Shown here in pieces: positions 55,408 to 64,000 of a DNA stretch of 64,000 bases; position 1 is the stretch's first letter; each line of letters starts with the position of its first letter. The stretch spans positions 2,657 to 66,656 of the forward strand of contig JBEKOI010000007.1 of the NCBI GenBank assembly GCA_049521915.1, written 5' to 3'. The position numbers and the translations under genes are program-made. This stretch comes from Acidimicrobiales bacterium. Its GTDB lineage: Bacteria > Actinomycetota > Acidimicrobiia > Acidimicrobiales > RAAP-2. The notes under the pieces are model-generated. The model did no database searches, was not told the origin of the DNA, and worked only from the letters and a program-made list of their open reading frames with translations.

Positions 55408-56811
55408 GTGACGCTCCGCCGTCGTCTCTATATTGCCGCTGTTGTGCTCTTGGTGGCCGTTGTCTTGCTTGGAGTGCTGCTGATCCGGACGGTAGAAGCA
55501 GCCGAATTCCAGCAGCTCGACCAACAACTCGAATCAGCCTTCCCCGTGGTCGGCTCGATTGATCGAGCGCCCCTGGGTTCTGCCGTCCGTCCTTCAGGCC
55601 CGTCGCGAGACCGCCTTCCGGGGAATGGGATCAGTGAGTTCTACGTCGCCACCTTGTCCCAAGGTCACAGGAACGTGCTCGTCAGCCCGCTTGGCGATCA
55701 CGGTCAGAGCCCACAGATTCCCTCGATCGTCTCGAAGCCGATCCAGCACGACGTCGTCGTGACGACGGTGGGATCACGCACAGGCCCCGATCGGTGGCGA
55801 GCTGTGCTTATCCGACCTCCCAACACCAAAGTGGAATTACTCGTGGCTATCTCTCTTAACCAGGTGGACGCCACGGTCAATCGACTCCGGCTCGCTGTGC
55901 TCGGAGCTGGGCTCGTCATCTTCGGAGTCCTCATTGCTGCGGGGTTTTGGGTTGGCCGGCTTGGCCTCCGCCCCATCGCGGAGGTGACCGAGGTGGCCGA
56001 TGCCATCACCGCGGGTGACAGGTCTCGACGAGTCACCGGCGGGCGCCAGGGTACCGAGGCGGCGCACCTCGCTCAAGCTTTCAACGTCATGCTCGACGAG
56101 CAACAGTCGACCGAGGTCCGACTGCGCCAGTTCATTGCCGACGCATCGCACGAGCTCCGCACGCCGGTATCGGTGATCATGGGAATCGCCGACCTCTGGC
56201 GTCAGGGGGATCTACGTAGCGGCGGTCTGCGGGACGATGCCATGCGCCGTATCGGTCAATCGAGCGCACAGATGGCGGGACTGGTTGAGGACCTGCTGCT
56301 CCTGGCCCGACTCGATGAAGGTCGACTCCTCGACCGGACCTGTGTAGACATCGTGTCGCTCGCTCACGACGCCGTCCTCGACGCATCGGCGACAAACCCC
56401 ACCCGAGAGATTCGAGTAGTCAACGACGGACCCGTGGTCACAGAAGGTGACCCCGCTGCTCTCCGCCAGGTCATCGTGAACCTGATCACCAACTGCCTTA
56501 GACACACACCCCCAACGGCCACGGTTGCGGTCCGGATGTACCAGGTGCAAGGTTGCGCGGTCCTCGAGGTTGAGGACTCCGGCCCGGGCATGGATAGTGA
56601 GAGCGCAGCCCACGCCTTCGACCGTTTCTGGCGAGGTGAAGCCAGTCGAACCCGAGCAGGGACCGGACTCGGCCTTCCCATCGTGGCCGGACTGGTCACC
56701 GCCCACGGAGGTCACGTCACGCTCGACTCCAGTCCCAGCAGAGGTACCGAGGTTCGGGTGTTCCTCCCAAGGCACGTTGCCGATCGGGACGTCCAGAGTG
56801 CCTCGACGTGA
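55408..56811 (+). CDS. Sensor histidine kinase (two TMs, HAMP, HisKA, HATPase_c)
   Basis: GTG at 55408. H-box FIADASHELRTPVSVIMG and G-boxes DSGPGM...GTGLGLPIV. Confidence 0.9.
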   Translation: MTLRRRLYIAAVVLLVAVVLLGVLLIRTVEAAEFQQLDQQLESAFPVVGSIDRAPLGSAVRPSGPSRDRLPGNGISEFYVATLSQGHRNVLVSPLGDHGQSPQIPSIVSKPIQHDVVVTTVGSRTGPDRWRAVLIRPPNTKVELLVAISLNQVDATVNRLRLAVLGAGLVIFGVLIAAGFWVGRLGLRPIAEVTEVADAITAGDRSRRVTGGRQGTEAAHLAQAFNVMLDEQQSTEVRLRQFIADASHELRTPVSVIMGIADLWRQGDLRSGGLRDDAMRRIGQSSAQMAGLVEDLLLLARLDEGRLLDRTCVDIVSLAHDAVLDASATNPTREIRVVNDGPVVTEGDPAALRQVIVNLITNCLRHTPPTATVAVRMYQVQGCAVLEVEDSGPGMDSESAAHAFDRFWRGEASRTRAGTGLGLPIVAGLVTAHGGHVTLDSSPSRGTEVRVFLPRHVADRDVQSAST

Positions 56812-57089
56812 CTTCACAGCGTCGGCGCCCTTACGCGCTGGCCCTGGGCGTCCTCGCTGCAGACCTGAAGGTTCATCGGCCAGGCGTCCATCGTGTGCTG
56901 AGAATGGGCCGCCCTCCTGTCGCGAACCAACGCTGACACCAATGAAGCCCCGACTCGGACTCAAGTCTTCTTCCTGTCGTCGGGAACCACGTCCAAACCT
57001 TCCGCCTCGAACACCCTGGGCAGAAGGGTCACAGCCAATCTGCAGGGAATCTGGATCCCTTGCCAATGTCTGTGCCGCATCATGGCGCA

Positions 57090-58064
57090 ATGGCGACATC
57101 CACTGCCTCAGGACGCGAGCCACATTCTGACTTCGCGGTCATGACGAAAGGTCTTACCAAAGCCTATGGGACTCGAATGGCGGTAAGCGGCATCGATTTG
57201 GCGATTCCGCGCGGGTCGCTGTCGGGATTTGTCGGACCAAACGGCGCGGGAAAGACCACGACCATACGGATGCTGCTCGACCTGATCCGCCCGACGGCTG
57301 GAGCTGGGTGGGTGCTGGACAAGCCACTCAACAGGCCGAGCGAATTCCTCCCCAAAGTGGGTGCCCTCGTCGAGAATCCGGCCTTTTACCCCGCCCTGTC
57401 GGGACGTGAGAACCTTCGAGTACTGTCAAGGCTCGGAAATATCGCCGACGACCGAATCGAGCCGCTGCTGGAGATGGTCGGCCTTGGCGAACGAGGCGAT
57501 GACCATTTCCGGTCGTACTCGCTCGGAATGAAACAGCGACTCGGTATCGCCGCTGCCTTGCTCCCCGACCCGGAGCTATTCATTCTTGACGAGCCCACGA
57601 ATGGGCTCGACCCAGCAGGGATCGCGGAGATGCGGGTTCTGCTCCAAACCATCGCCAAAGATGGCCGGACGGTACTTGTCTCGAGCCACCTCCTCTCAGA
57701 GGTCGAACAGATGTGCACACATCTGGTTGTCATCCGCTCAGGCAAGCTGGTCTTCCAGGGACAGGTCAGCGATCTATTGGACGCCCAGAATGTCGAAGTG
57801 ACAGCCAGGCCTGAAGATCCGGCAGATCTGATGGCCCTTGGAATCCTCGCCGATCAACTGGGCAAGCGGGCCACTGTCGTCAATGGCCAGGTGACAATCG
57901 CAGCCTCCGACGACGACTTCTCTGGTCAGTTCAACAGGGCTGCAATGGAACGCGGCATCACGCTCGTCCACCTCAGCGCTGACCGACCTCGGCTCGAAGA
58001 GGCATTCTTGGCCCTCACCGATGGCGACAACGAATCCGCCACTTCTTCCTCTCATAACGGCTAG
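57090..58064 (+). CDS. ABC-2-type exporter ATP-binding protein
   Basis: GFVGPNGAGKTTTIRML, YSLGMKQRLGIAAAL, LFILDEPTNGLDP. The start is uncertain (57060, 57090 or 57141). Confidence 0.85.
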   Translation: MATSTASGREPHSDFAVMTKGLTKAYGTRMAVSGIDLAIPRGSLSGFVGPNGAGKTTTIRMLLDLIRPTAGAGWVLDKPLNRPSEFLPKVGALVENPAFYPALSGRENLRVLSRLGNIADDRIEPLLEMVGLGERGDDHFRSYSLGMKQRLGIAAALLPDPELFILDEPTNGLDPAGIAEMRVLLQTIAKDGRTVLVSSHLLSEVEQMCTHLVVIRSGKLVFQGQVSDLLDAQNVEVTARPEDPADLMALGILADQLGKRATVVNGQVTIAASDDDFSGQFNRAAMERGITLVHLSADRPRLEEAFLALTDGDNESATSSSHNG

Positions 58065-58073
58065 CGGCCTGGT

Positions 58074-58865
58074 ATGCGCTATGCCTTCGCCAGTGAATGG
58101 ATCAAGTTGCGTCGGAGACGCCTTCTTCTCGGTACCTACCTGGCGTTGGCCACCGTTGCGGCCCTCGGCACTGTTCTCACCTTCGCCACGTCGGGCCAGG
58201 TGGAGGGCGGTCCGGATCCTGCCGCAACCACCAGTATCGCCGCACTCAGAAGCTCGAAAGGCATCACGGCCGGCGTTGAATCTTCGATTATTTTCCTTGG
58301 TGTCGTCGCTTTCGCGATCGCCGCAGCGCAACTTGCCAGCGAATACTCATTGGGGACGCTCCGATCACTCCTGGTTCGGCAATCACGTCGGCAGGTACTG
58401 CTCGCCGGAAAGTTCTTAGCCGTTGTCACCTTCATGCTGAGTGGTGCTGTCGTGGCCACAGGCGCTTCGGTGGCAACTGCCCTCGTAATGGCGCACGTGA
58501 AGGGGATTCCCACTGCTGCCTGGTTTACCTCGAGCGGATTGGGATCGTTGGGCACCGGCCTCGGAAACATCGCGATTGCGGTCACCGGATACGTGACCTT
58601 GGGCATGTTCCTGGCCGTGTTGCTGCGTGCTCCGGTCCTGACCATTGTCGTGGGCATCGCATTCATTCTCATCGTCGAGCAGATCCTTGCGGGCATCGTC
58701 ACGGAGACAGCCCGTTGGCTCCCTGGGCAAGCTCTTTCCGCCGTTGCCCAGGGCGGCACTGGTGGCGTCGGCTACGGCGCCGCACTCGGCGTCAGTGCCG
58801 TCTACGTCCTTTTCGCTCTATGTACTGGCACGATTGTGTTCTGTCGACGCGACGTCAGTGCGTGA
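58074..58865 (+). CDS. ABC-2-type exporter permease
   Basis: The FASEWIKLRRRR start is typical of ABC-2 family permeases. Six hydrophobic segments. Confidence 0.75.
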   Translation: MRYAFASEWIKLRRRRLLLGTYLALATVAALGTVLTFATSGQVEGGPDPAATTSIAALRSSKGITAGVESSIIFLGVVAFAIAAAQLASEYSLGTLRSLLVRQSRRQVLLAGKFLAVVTFMLSGAVVATGASVATALVMAHVKGIPTAAWFTSSGLGSLGTGLGNIAIAVTGYVTLGMFLAVLLRAPVLTIVVGIAFILIVEQILAGIVTETARWLPGQALSAVAQGGTGGVGYGAALGVSAVYVLFALCTGTIVFCRRDVSA

Positions 58866-58919
58866 CAGCGTCTGCCAAAGCACGGAACGAGCCGGCCGGA
58901 CATGACCTCTGCAACACGG

Positions 58920-59702
58920 CTACCACAGTCCGGGGATCAGCCGGTAGGGAGTCATTGTCTGGAATGCCCTGAAGATCGGAAAGGTGCCCGCCAGAAGTCC
59001 TTCCTCTGCTCGGATACGAACGAGCTGGAGAATGATCACAACGAATTCACCAACCACCAGCGTCACTCGCATGCTTGACAGGAGGACGGCTGACGACATG
59101 ACGATCTCAGCTAAATAGACGGGATGGCGCACAAATCGATACGGACCGCGGACCACCAATTGGCGGGCCTCAGGCCAGTACGAGAAGTTCATTCCAAGAC
59201 TCCACATCGCACATGTGGCAAACGCGACTGCCGCCACTGTGATAGCCAGCACCGCGATCTCCATCTTTTCGGATACCGACAAGAGAAGAGGGCCCGAAGG
59301 AGCGAAGAGTCCAAGCGCGACAAGGAGGAATGTGGCGACGATTCCTGCCGCACGAACGAAGGTCCGACGGTCCTGCTTCAAAGGCGGATCATGGAGCAGG
59401 AATGCTGCTACGGGAATCGACAAGAAGCAAGCGTAAAGGCATCCGCGAATGCACGCGAGAATCACGGCCCCGGTCGGGTGGTGAACTGCTACCACACCAT
59501 CGTCAGCCAGAGCCACGATTTGCCAGACCACGAGCACAAACACCGAGGCTGCTGGCAATCCCCGTACAAGAATCCACTGACGTCTACGCCTCAAGTCCCG
59601 CTCACTTGAGATGCAGTTCGACGTGCCTGAACTCACCACCTGAGTAATCTCACCACGGATACTCACGTTGAGCAGGTTCCATTCTCGGGATTGCCCATGC
59701 AC
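58920..59702 (-). CDS. ICMT/PEMT-like membrane methyltransferase
   Basis: LVVRGPYRFVRHPVYLAEIV...IRAEEGLL is the isoprenylcysteine carboxyl methyltransferase-family C-terminal signature. The protein is polytopic. Confidence 0.65.
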   Translation of the reverse strand: MHGQSREWNLLNVSIRGEITQVVSSGTSNCISSERDLRRRRQWILVRGLPAASVFVLVVWQIVALADDGVVAVHHPTGAVILACIRGCLYACFLSIPVAAFLLHDPPLKQDRRTFVRAAGIVATFLLVALGLFAPSGPLLLSVSEKMEIAVLAITVAAVAFATCAMWSLGMNFSYWPEARQLVVRGPYRFVRHPVYLAEIVMSSAVLLSSMRVTLVVGEFVVIILQLVRIRAEEGLLAGTFPIFRAFQTMTPYRLIPGLW

Positions 59703-59881
59703 CCAACTTGACTATCAAGAAGAGGACCGTAACAAACAAGAGGATCCACCATCGTCCGCGGTGTCTTCTCCGTGGGAATTTCGACCCGCTTTGGGCCACT
59801 CCCGACGGTGGTTGAGACATGTCGTCATCACTCAAAGGGATCTTCATGGTGACAGAATCACAGATGAAACTGCGAAATCCT

Positions 59882-60115
59882 TTAACCGCACTTGTAGGTA
59901 ACCTGACTTATTGGCACCGGATCCGTACTGGACTGGGCCTGGGCCCGCATCATCCGGGTCGGGTCCCGAGAGGTGGTCTTGGAAGCCAGTCCAGCACCCT
60001 TCAACTTCTAGATGCCTTTGGCCATCTTGGCCACGCCTCTGGCCATCAGACCCGAGTCCGTCGGGTAGGCGACGTTGGCGGGCGCCACCGTGGTCTGGGT
60101 GCGAATCGCGAGTAG
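59882..60115 (-). mobile_element. IS5/IS1182-like DDE transposase fragment (about 75 codons with an in-frame TAG)
   Basis: My reverse-strand translation gives LLAIRTQTTVAPANVAYPTDSGLMARGVAKMAKGI*KLKGAGLASKTTSRDPTRMMRAQAQS... The block DTTV..aNi.YPTDSGLL ... RDR(T/S)R is what I recall around the first catalytic Asp of these transposases. No inverted repeats were identified. Confidence 0.45.
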
Positions 60116-60143
60116 CTATGCCTACTTTTTCAGGTCGAAGTTC

Positions 60144-61925
60144 CTAGACGAGGATGCGCTTCAGCTCGTCGAGGGTCGTCTCTCCCTCTTGCACCTTCAC
60201 GAACGCGTCCATCTGCAGTGTCTGCATCCCGCCGGCGACCGCGGCCCGGGCCACGGCCTCGGCCGGGGCCCGCTGCAGCACGAGGGTGCGGAGCTCGTCG
60301 TTCATCACCATGACCTCATGGATGGCCAGCCTTCCCCGGTAGCCCGTCCGCCGGCACTGCTCGCAGCCGACGGCCCGGAACATGGGCGCCTGGGCGTCGC
60401 GGCTATCGATAAGTGACATGGCCTCCAGCTCCAACAACTCCTCGGAGGTTGCGGTGTCGGCCGACTTGCAGCGGCCACAGAGGCGTCGCACCAGGCGCTG
60501 GGCGACGACGCATCCCAGCGCGGAGGTCACCAGATACGGCCCGAGCCCCATGTCGATCAGACGTGTGGTGCTCGAAGCGGCATCGTTGGCGTGGAGAGTC
60601 GACAGGACCAGATGCCCGGTCAGCGCGGCTTCGGTGGCGATCCGGGCGGTTTCGAGATCCCGGATCTCCCCGACGAGGATGATGTCGGGATCGGTCCGCA
60701 TCGCGGCACGCAACCCGGTGGCGAAGGTGTACCCCGACTTGGCGTTCACCTGGGTCTGTTTGATGCCGGCAACCCGGTACTCGATCGGGTCCTCGACGGT
60801 GATCGTGTTCCGGCTGGGTTCGTTCAACTCGTTGATCGCCGCATACAGGGTGGTCGACTTGCCTGAGCCGGTCGGTCCCGTGACCAGCACCATTCCCCAC
60901 GCCTTCCGGAATGAATCCCTGAACAGGCGCAACGACTCGGGGAGGAAGCCGAGCGAATCTATATCGAGCAGGCCTGCGTCCCGGACGAGGATACGGAGCA
61001 CGAGCGCCTCCCCGTTGATGGTGGGAATGCTCGCCGCTCTGATGTCGACAGCCAGGCCCCGGATGGTCATCGACGTCCGGCCGTCCTGGGGCCGCCGGTG
61101 TTCAGCGATGTCCATGTCCGTCATGACTTTGATCCTGCTCACGACCCCGAGCCGGAACGAGGGAGGCGCGCTCATTGCGTCGTGGAGCATGCCGTCGACA
61201 CGGAACCTGATCCGCAAGCCGTCCCGTGTCGGCTCGATGTGCACGTCGGAGGCCCGTTCGCCCACGGCGCGTATCAGGACCTGGTTCACGAAGTCGATGA
61301 CGGGCCCCTGGTTCGGATCGATGGTGCCCTGGCCGGACGAATCAGCGTCGGTAAGGGCGTCATCCTCGGGCATGTCGGACCCATGGTCCTCCGAAGGCTG
61401 GACGTCATCGAGCAGCCGGCTCGAATAGCCGGACTCGATGGCCTTGCGCAGCTCGCCGCGCGCGGCCACGACTGCGATGAACGGCACGTCCACGAGCGAG
61501 TGGAGATCGTCGAACGTCTGGATATCGCGCGGATCCGAGATGGCGACGACGAGGGAACCGTTGTTGAACTCGAGGGGGAGTACGCCACGGCGTCGGCAGA
61601 AGGCTTCGGGAAGGGAGCTCAGGACCCGAGGATCGGGTGGGTCGAGTCCGAGGTCCCGGTAGGGCATCCCGGCGATTTCGGCCAGTGTTCTGGCCAGGTC
61701 GTCCTCGAACAGGACATCCTCGGCCACCAGGATCTCACCGAGCCGCTTCCCGGATCTCCGTTGCTCGTCCAGAGCGACCTGCACCTGCTCATTCGTCACC
61801 AGTCCGGCCGCGATCAGCTGGGCCCCGAGCGACGCACGGCGGACGTCCGGCCCCCGCCCGCCGCCTTGGCTCTCGTCGGGGCGGTCCCGCTCCGTCATCA
61901 CGGTCCTACCGGTCTCACGGGTCAT
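60144..61925 (-). CDS. GspE/PilB-family type II/IV secretion (type IV pilus assembly) ATPase with an MshEN-like N-terminal domain
   Basis: Walker A GPTGSGKSTTL, Asp box, Walker B ILVGEIRD, His box and a tetracysteine CGRC...CEQC motif. The N-terminal T2SSE_N-type region is also present. Confidence 0.9.
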   Translation of the reverse strand: MTRETGRTVMTERDRPDESQGGGRGPDVRRASLGAQLIAAGLVTNEQVQVALDEQRRSGKRLGEILVAEDVLFEDDLARTLAEIAGMPYRDLGLDPPDPRVLSSLPEAFCRRRGVLPLEFNNGSLVVAISDPRDIQTFDDLHSLVDVPFIAVVAARGELRKAIESGYSSRLLDDVQPSEDHGSDMPEDDALTDADSSGQGTIDPNQGPVIDFVNQVLIRAVGERASDVHIEPTRDGLRIRFRVDGMLHDAMSAPPSFRLGVVSRIKVMTDMDIAEHRRPQDGRTSMTIRGLAVDIRAASIPTINGEALVLRILVRDAGLLDIDSLGFLPESLRLFRDSFRKAWGMVLVTGPTGSGKSTTLYAAINELNEPSRNTITVEDPIEYRVAGIKQTQVNAKSGYTFATGLRAAMRTDPDIILVGEIRDLETARIATEAALTGHLVLSTLHANDAASSTTRLIDMGLGPYLVTSALGCVVAQRLVRRLCGRCKSADTATSEELLELEAMSLIDSRDAQAPMFRAVGCEQCRRTGYRGRLAIHEVMVMNDELRTLVLQRAPAEAVARAAVAGGMQTLQMDAFVKVQEGETTLDELKRILV

Positions 61926-64000
61926 GGCGTCGGTGCCAACGCCGCCGATTTGACGGCTGCTTGGTGCAGGAATCGGGACATCGCCTGCGCATCGAGCGGC
62001 TTGGCGAACAGGTAGCCCTGGCCGCTGTCCACGCCCTCGGACCGGAGCCAGGTCCGCTGGGTGTCGGTTTCGACGCCTTCCGCAGTGGTGGCGATCCCGA
62101 GGATTTTTCCCAGCTGGATCAGCGTGTGGACGAGCGCACCGGACTCGTCCGATTCGCTGATCCGAGCGACGAACGACCCGTCGATCTTCAAGACGTCGAT
62201 GGGGAACTGCTGCAGGTAGGCCATCGAGGAGTAGCCGGTCCCGAAGTCATCGATGGCGATCCGGATCCCGATCGACTTCAGCTCCTTGAGCCGGGCGGTG
62301 GAGGCGAGGACGTTGCGCATGAGGGTCGTCTCGGTCAGCTCCAGGGTCAGCTGTCTGGGATCGAGTCCGCTGACCGCGAGCGCGCCGCGGACGTCGTTGA
62401 CGAACCGGTCCCGTTCGAGCTGTGCCGCGGCGACATTGACGGAGATCATCAGGTGATGGCCCGCGCGCTGCCACGCCACGCACTGTCGGCACGCCTCCAA
62501 CAGCACCCACTTCCCGACCGGGACGATGAGCCCGCTGGATTCGAGCGCCGGGATGAAGTCGTCGGGGTCGACGATCCCCCGCATCGGATGCTGCCAGCGC
62601 AAGAGGGCTTCCACGCCCGTCACGGCTCCGGATTCGAGATCGACGACCGGTTGGTAGACGAGGAACAGCTCTCCGGCGTCGAGCGCACGATGGAGGTCGA
62701 CATCGAGGAACCGGTGCTCGTCGACGGCCGTCTTCATGGGTGGAGTGAATACGACGGCGCAGTTCTTTCCCGTGCTCTTGGCCCGGTAGAGGGCGATGTC
62801 GGCATCTCGGAGCAGTTCCTCGGGGGTGCCCTGGGCGCCGGTGGCGATGCCGATGCTGGCCCGGATGGTCAACGGAGCACCCTCTGGCATGACGAAGGGT
62901 GCCTTCAGCGCGTCGAGGATCCGATCCGCCACCGCCTCGGCCCCGGCGGCCAGGGAGGCTCCCTCTACCAGCACCACGAATTCGTCACCGCCGAGCCGCC
63001 CGACGGTGTCCGCCTCGCGGAGCATCCCGGTCAGCCGGGTCGCCACCGCGGCCAGCAACTGATCGCCGGCCTCATGACCGAGCGTGTCGTTGATGTCCTT
63101 GAAGTCGTCGATGTCGAGGAACATCGTGGCCACCGGCACCTCATCCCGGCGGGCCCGGGCCAGCATCGACTCCATCCGGTCGAGGATCAACGCCCGGTTG
63201 GGCAGCCCGGTGAGTGAGTCGTGGAACGCCTGGAAGCGAAGCTGTCGGGTGCGCTCGTCCACCAGGAGCAGGGCCCGGCCCCGGCTGGTGCCGAGCAGGA
63301 GGATCACCGCGGCCAGCAGCAGTGAAATTGCGATGCCGCCCAGCAGGACGGCGTCGCCGGTCCCGTTGGCGAACTTGCCACTGAGATCGGCCGGCCCGAA
63401 GACGACCACATCCCACCCGTTGTGGAGGTTGATGGTGGTCGACTGGGCTCCGGCCGGGGCTTTGCCCGCATGGAACGTAACCTGGGAGCTCCCGCTCCGG
63501 TAGTGGAAGGCCACCGCGGTCGAGGGATGGTCGTGCAGGTCGGTGGCCAGGATCGGTCGGGGATAGATCGAGACGCCCGTCCAGCCGAGGAAGGTGGCGC
63601 GCCGGCCCCGAACCGTGCCCGGTGTGGTCCCCCCCAGATAGATGGGTGCGCCGAGCACGAGCTCCTCGCCACTGCCTGTCCCGTAGGGAAGGTAGGCGGT
63701 CTGGCCCGAGTCACGGGCGCTCAGCAGGGCGCCGCCCAGGTCGGTAGTGCAGAAGTCGAGGCCCGCCGGCGTCGTCGAGGCCCCGGTCCGTGACTCCGAC
63801 ACGCTGGCCAGACAGTAGTAGGGGCGGTTCCCGGGCGGAGTGACCTGGAAAGTCCCACCGGCGGAGAGCGGCCCGGCCGGGCCCAGCACAGCCCGTGCGG
63901 CAAAGGCGCTCAACTGCGATGCCGGGATCATCACCAGCTCGGCGATTCCCTGAACTTCGGGGTATCGCGCGAAGGCGCGAACCTCACTGGTCCACTTCAC
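61922..64000 (-). CDS. CHASE-like sensor / GGDEF / EAL domain protein (5' end outside the window)
   Basis: DSLTGLPNRAL...RLGGDEFVVL (GGDEF) and EALLRWQHP...ELTE...DDFGTGYSS...KIDGSF...AEGVET (EAL), preceded by a TM and an extracytoplasmic region. The stop overlaps the GspE start by 4 bp. Confidence 0.9.
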   Translation of the reverse strand: MKWTSEVRAFARYPEVQGIAELVMIPASQLSAFAARAVLGPAGPLSAGGTFQVTPPGNRPYYCLASVSESRTGASTTPAGLDFCTTDLGGALLSARDSGQTAYLPYGTGSGEELVLGAPIYLGGTTPGTVRGRRATFLGWTGVSIYPRPILATDLHDHPSTAVAFHYRSGSSQVTFHAGKAPAGAQSTTINLHNGWDVVVFGPADLSGKFANGTGDAVLLGGIAISLLLAAVILLLGTSRGRALLLVDERTRQLRFQAFHDSLTGLPNRALILDRMESMLARARRDEVPVATMFLDIDDFKDINDTLGHEAGDQLLAAVATRLTGMLREADTVGRLGGDEFVVLVEGASLAAGAEAVADRILDALKAPFVMPEGAPLTIRASIGIATGAQGTPEELLRDADIALYRAKSTGKNCAVVFTPPMKTAVDEHRFLDVDLHRALDAGELFLVYQPVVDLESGAVTGVEALLRWQHPMRGIVDPDDFIPALESSGLIVPVGKWVLLEACRQCVAWQRAGHHLMISVNVAAAQLERDRFVNDVRGALAVSGLDPRQLTLELTETTLMRNVLASTARLKELKSIGIRIAIDDFGTGYSSMAYLQQFPIDVLKIDGSFVARISESDESGALVHTLIQLGKILGIATTAEGVETDTQRTWLRSEGVDSGQGYLFAKPLDAQAMSRFLHQAAVKSAALAPTP

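Noticed and set aside
59650-59847. 65-aa ORF (MKIPLSDDDMSQPPSG...WWILLFVTVLFLIVKLGAW) just upstream of and overlapping the ICMT-like gene.
   Set aside because: It has one plausible TM, but it overlaps the 5' end of the tracked ICMT ORF, whose own start is uncertain. No motif or RBS is convincing enough to call it a gene. It could be real if the ICMT gene starts further downstream.
1-64000. Search for defence systems, toxin-antitoxin pairs, prophage structural genes, rRNA, CRISPR-Cas, or biosynthetic (PKS/NRPS/RiPP precursor) genes.
   Set aside because: No nuclease, helicase, methylase, Cas, capsid, terminase or condensation/KS-type motifs were recognised in any credible frame. Small-peptide ORFs near the exporters (47.8-48.35 kb, 56.8-57.1 kb) showed no leader or core-like features.

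Overview
High-G+C, actinobacterial-type chromosomal window that is almost fully coding. All calls come from reading the supplied translations and the DNA by eye. No homology search, HMM or folding program was run, and start codons are often uncertain. Coordinates 1-45.9 kb look like core genome. This part holds oxidoreductases, an ECF sigma/DUF4349 pair and an Fe(III)-type ABC importer with a candidate IdeR/DtxR iron box on an internal promoter. It also holds two tandem acyltransferase-3/SGNH genes coupled to a GH5 lipoprotein, a siderophore-interacting protein, a second ECF sigma module, and MscL and TMEM175-like channels. It ends with a TetR-controlled ABC-2 exporter, a GT2 plus PP2C phosphatase pair, and four GT-C-type membrane glycosyltransferases next to tRNA-Ser(CGA). 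From about 45.98 to 60.11 kb the DNA is visibly lower in G+C. This stretch is bracketed by tRNA-Ser plus an integrase N-terminal remnant on the left and an IS transposase fragment on the right, so I read it as a decayed genomic island. It carries a five-gene MacAB/YknWXYZ-like exporter module, a divergent two-component system with two tandem OmpR-type regulators, a second ABC-2 exporter and an ICMT-like methyltransferase. The exporter's adaptor protein has an FN3-like insertion and a (GST)n tandem repeat that contains a frameshifting 5-bp partial unit. The right end holds a GspE/PilB-type ATPase with MshEN-like c-di-GMP-binding motifs. It is translationally coupled to a CHASE-GGDEF-EAL protein that runs off the window. 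I saw no rRNA, CRISPR array, intact prophage, toxin-antitoxin pair or recognisable defence system. The most unusual material is the exporter/two-component island and several coding tandem repeats.
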